A stretch of 63,971 bases of DNA, counting the filler. It is 13 parts of 13 records of this genome, joined end to end, with 100 filler letters (N's around TTAATTAATTAA, not from the genome) between each part and the next. Parts side by side here need not be neighbours in the genome. Positions count along the whole stretch, not along the records: positions 58,697 to 61,864 come from SRR11831585_250; positions 61,965 to 63,971 come from SRR11831585_375; 11 more parts are not named here. The stretch is one strand, 5' to 3'. The notes below the pieces were generated by a model. It was not told where the DNA came from, did no database searches, and was given only the letters and a program-made list of their open reading frames with translations. Shown here piece after piece: positions 60,332-63,971 of this stretch (its first letter is position 1; each line of letters starts with the position of its first letter). The translations under genes were made by a program, and so were the position numbers.

Positions 60332-61864
60332 ATGAAGTTACTGCACAGTTCGCTCCTAGAGCGCACACTGCTTGAGCCTTTCACGAATGGGCCATTGGGC
60401 GTGGAGGGCGAGCACAACCTCATCCGTGCGCGAGTGTTTTCGTGGACTAATTTGGTGTTGGCGATGGCGTACCTGATACTGGCGGGTCTCTCCGTTATGG
60501 CAGGATTTGGCGATTTTCACACGAACCGCTTTATGTTCTCCTGTATCAGCTGTCTGTTCACATCGCAGAGCGCTCGTACTCAATACCACCGTGTGGTGGT
60601 GCGCATTTTCTTAGCGATTTTTCTCTACTTCTCCATTCAGCAGGCTATCGCGCTCTGGTGCGAAAACGATGTTGGTGCCCTCGTGGCAGACATCATGGGT
60701 ATTATTTTAGTTACTGCGACCACCGCATCGTGCGTGCTGAAAATGTGGGAAGTGGTGACGGTGTGTGCGCTTTGCTTGGCTGGTGTGATTGCGCTCCCGA
60801 TTTTGGACATTCTCACTCCGACTCTCACACGTGAGGTTCTGTTGCATCTGTTACCCCCAATGATGGCTGTCATTTCGTTTGTGTTGATTCAGCGAGCTCT
60901 CGAATCGCGCGTTATGTCACAGTCCGTCGAGCTGGTGTATGCCAGAGACTCCGCTCTCGAAGCCTCTCGGCAGAAATCGCAATTTGTCGCGACGATGAGC
61001 CACGAGATCCGATCTCCTCTCAACGCGATCCTCGGCCTCATCGAGCCTCTCATGAGCTCGCAGCTCTCGGACGAACAGCGGTCCTGGATCGAGTCCATCC
61101 ACACATCCGGCCGCGTTCTGCTCTCTCTCGCCAATCAAATTCTTGACTTTTCTCGGATCGAGGCCGGCCGATTCACGCTCGACACCAGCGAGTTCGATCT
61201 GCGTACGGCCATTGAGGAGGTGGCGCAGGTCTGCGGGGTGAACGCCAAGCCCGGAGTCGAAGTTTTGACCGTTTTCGGAAGCTCCGTCCCACAGCGTGTG
61301 CGTGGTGACCGGACCCGCGTGCAGCAGATCATTGTGAACCTGCTGAGCAACGCGCTCAAGTTCACCACACACGGGCACGTCTTGGTGCGTGTGAGTGCGG
61401 GCGATGGGCGGGTGATGCCGACGCAGGACGCTGCGGAGCCTGCAGAGGCCACACAAGACGTGCGTGACGCGGTGCAGTACTACACACACCCCCTGCCTCC
61501 TCACACACCCCCTTCTCTCCTCCCCGCGTCATCATCTCCTAAAACTACACCTCCTAAAACCACCCCTCATCCCCCTCCTCACACTGTTCTTACTCCTACT
61601 CCCACTGCGACTGGTGCTGCTGTTGTGAGTGGGGTTGTTCGTGCTTCGTCTGCGCGTGCGGTGCGCTTACACGGGCACGGCGTCTCGGGATCCACCGCAC
61701 ATACTCTCGAAAACAACACCTCTATGTCTCCCTCTAAGCGTGTGGCGGTGGTGGTGGGGCGCGCCTCTGATATTGATGACGACGACGATGATGATGTTGG
61801 TGATGATGATGATGATGATGATGCCACGAGATCCGCCTCTGAACAAGCCCGACCTGCCCGTCCC
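60332..61864 (+). CDS. Eukaryotic membrane sensor histidine kinase (HisKA + start of HATPase_c), 3'-truncated
   Basis: 5-6 hydrophobic segments, then KSQFVATMSHEIRSPLNAILG (His codon 61001-61003), ILDFSRIEAG, and N-box GDRTRVQQIIVNLLSNALKFT, typical of hybrid kinases. Confidence 0.9.
61775..61822 (+). repeat. GAT/GAC trinucleotide repeat encoding poly-Asp
   Basis: Read directly; DDDDDDDVGDDDDDDD in the kinase frame. Confidence 0.9.
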
Positions 61865-61964
61865 NNNNNNNNNNNNNNNNNNNNNNNNNNNNNNNNNNNN
61901 NNNNNNNNTTAATTAATTAANNNNNNNNNNNNNNNNNNNNNNNNNNNNNNNNNNNNNNNNNNNN
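61865..61964. other. Assembly spacer
   Basis: 44N-TTAATTAATTAA-44N. Confidence 0.99.
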
Positions 61965-62030
61965 AAAAGAACAAGCACACACACAAACATACGGACAGCA
62001 CACAACAGACACATACACACACACACGTAC

Positions 62031-63065
62031 GCATCTCCCGAGCCCAGCGCTCCACTCACAATGCGATTGCGGAACGTCACATTATAGAGCCCCACCGGCC
62101 CCGCCTGCAACACACACCGCACCTGTGTGCTCGACACTAGTGTGATAGGGGCACACGAGACCGCGTTATCAAAGCGATCACGGAGTTGTGCGTGTACGAT
62201 GTTGCTCAGAACAGAGGTGAGAGTGGTTCCGATGAGTGTGAGTGTGGTACCGCTAGGCCCCAAGCGCGGAGTGATGGTGTTGATGACGGGGGAGCGTGCT
62301 GCAGAGAGAGGAAGGCTAAGAAGGAGAGACGAGAAAGTGTGTGTATGTGTGTGTGCATTAGTGTGTGCACTGTGTACATTGGAGCGGAATTCCCTACTGA
62401 GTAGAGTAACAAAACAAGACGAATGATCCTTCAGCCATGAGCGCTGCCGCGTATTCGACAAAGCGCCAAGTATGAAACCACGTAAACAAGTCGACAGAAA
62501 CCAAGATGACGATAACACGTACACGGGACACAGATACAAACAACGGACGGGCCCCGCTCTACGTACCCATAGTATAGTTGAAAAAACACTGCCACGGAAC
62601 CACACATGAAGTCCAGTTGCCCCCATTCACACGCACTTGCACAGAATACGTGCTGGAAGGGACAAAGAAGCCCGAGGGGGACGGCAATGTAAAGCAATAG
62701 ATGCGAGTGACATTGGTGACTGTTCCGTTAGACGAGCACCCTGTAACACCGCCGTCGGAGCCGACAAGTCTCACTTCATTCAACTCAGAGTTGGTGGAGA
62801 ACCTGCGCAAAAAACACAATCCAATGGATGAGTGAGTTCGAATCTGCAGCCAATTCGAGTCTCGCTGAAGCGTACCCTGAACCCACTATTGTGATAAAAG
62901 TGCCACCGTTCGTACTACCCGCTGACGGCGTTACAAGAGTGACCGCTGAAATTGCATCAGCAGTCAGTAGACAGCAACTGCACACAGGAAAGGAAACGTA
63001 CTTGCACCGAGCACGACGCCAACACTGACACATATATACAATATAAAACAACCGACAAAGCCCAT
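62031..63065 (-). CDS. Eukaryotic spliced gene: secreted/surface IPT-TIG repeat protein, fibrocystin-L (PKHD1L1)-like N-terminus, 3'-truncated
   Basis: Exons 63065-63002 (signal peptide MGFVGCFILYICVSVGVVLGA), 62945-62876, 62802-62567, 62298-62031 join in frame: VTPSAGSTNGGTFITIVGSGF...IYCFT...YSVQVRVNG...WQCFFNY...RSPVINTITPRLGPSGTTLTLIG. Confidence 0.82.
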
Positions 63066-63427
63066 TTCTACTTCCAATAACTATAATTCAACCAGCGCGT
63101 GAACTCACTAGTTCTGCTTAAGAATCATATCCTAAATCATAACTATTTCCTGAACCACTCCACGATGGTAAATATGCTGAAAGAAGCCCCACGTTCCGCT
63201 GATCAGCTGCGCGGAAAGGCGGCACACGCACTCCCAAACAGGTTATGGGAGACAGCTCAAAGCGACACTTGAAACAGCGTGTCTGAGCTAGGAAACAGCG
63301 TGTCGTGGGTGACGAACACTCCGAAGGTGACATGTGAGCGGATCGTGATGATAGGAGATTGTGCGTGATTGTGCGTAAGAACAGGCATCTTTGGTGTGTG
63401 GAGGCCATTTCACAGCACAGAGCAACG

Positions 63428-63963
63428 ATGGAGCGCGCTGCCCCTGTGTTTCACGACGAAAGCGACACTCTGTATGACAACCGCATCCGCCTGTATCGTG
63501 AGTTCTACGCGATGCGTACGGCTTGTGAGCGCCACGATGAGGCCCTGCGTATTGAGCGCGAAATGAAGCTGGACCGTGCGACGTACTGGCGTCGGCCCTG
63601 TCCAGAAGGGTACGCGTGTGGTGCCACTTGTTTGTAACGCCATCAATGTTTTGTGGTGAACTGACGCAAGCCGCGTGCAGGATCTGTTTTGGATGGATGA
63701 CTCCGCATCATCCCCGCATTGATCGACGCATACGGTCCTTTCAAGATGAGGCTCAAATCCAGAAGCAGGCATGTGAGCGTGCACTTCGTGACCACGAGTT
63801 GAATACAAGACTGCGGATGAAGGAGGAGCATCACAAACGAGAGTTGGATACGCGAGTTACGATTCACTCGCGAGAGATGGAGGCACGCGAGCGATCGGAG
63901 GTTCATGTGGAGCATACACAGCGGATCAGGGGATACGCAGGGTCGAGCAGTGACAAGCACTAG
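63428..63963 (+). CDS. Eukaryotic two-exon gene: about 154-aa charged, probably helical protein of unknown function
   Basis: Exon 63428-63609, intron 63610-63680 (GTACGC...CTGAC...CAG), exon 63681-63963; splicing fuses two separate ORF-track frames. Confidence 0.7.
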
Positions 63964-63971
63964 CTAAAGTT

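Overview
This window is not a continuous chromosome. It is an artificial concatenation of 13 sequence pieces joined by 12 identical 100-bp spacers (44 N + TTAATTAATTAA + 44 N, which has stop codons in all six frames). Eight pieces are Escherichia coli, K-12-like, from unlinked loci: dxs-ispA-xseB-thiI; pdeI-gsiDCBA; letA-letB-rsmF; thrABC; ygeW-ygeX-ygeY-hyuA-yqeA; yfeO-glk-fry-ypd-alaC-ypdK; yeiH-nfo-yeiI-nupX; yeiE-lysP-cirA-yeiG-folE. Five pieces (18848-24548, 24649-27252, 50444-52497, 58697-61864, 61965-63971) come from a compact, intron-rich, non-animal eukaryote with GTAYG-type splice donors and TG-rich introns. By hand-splicing I reconstructed a YFH7-like P-loop kinase, a SPRTN/Spartan protease, proline dehydrogenase, a triple HMG-box protein, a SET/post-SET gene end, two multi-pass membrane proteins, a roughly 6-TM sensor histidine kinase, a fibrocystin-L-like TIG protein and a small orphan. 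The simplest reading is a protist draft assembly carrying reads from E. coli (food organism or cloning host); nothing supports HGT. The E. coli part is ordinary. I found no clear undescribed system. The best leads are in the eukaryotic pieces: the histidine kinase and its divergent membrane-protein neighbour, the unusual SPRTN motif set, and the KEN-box 3xHMG protein. Gene identities come from recognising translated sequence from memory; no searches were run.
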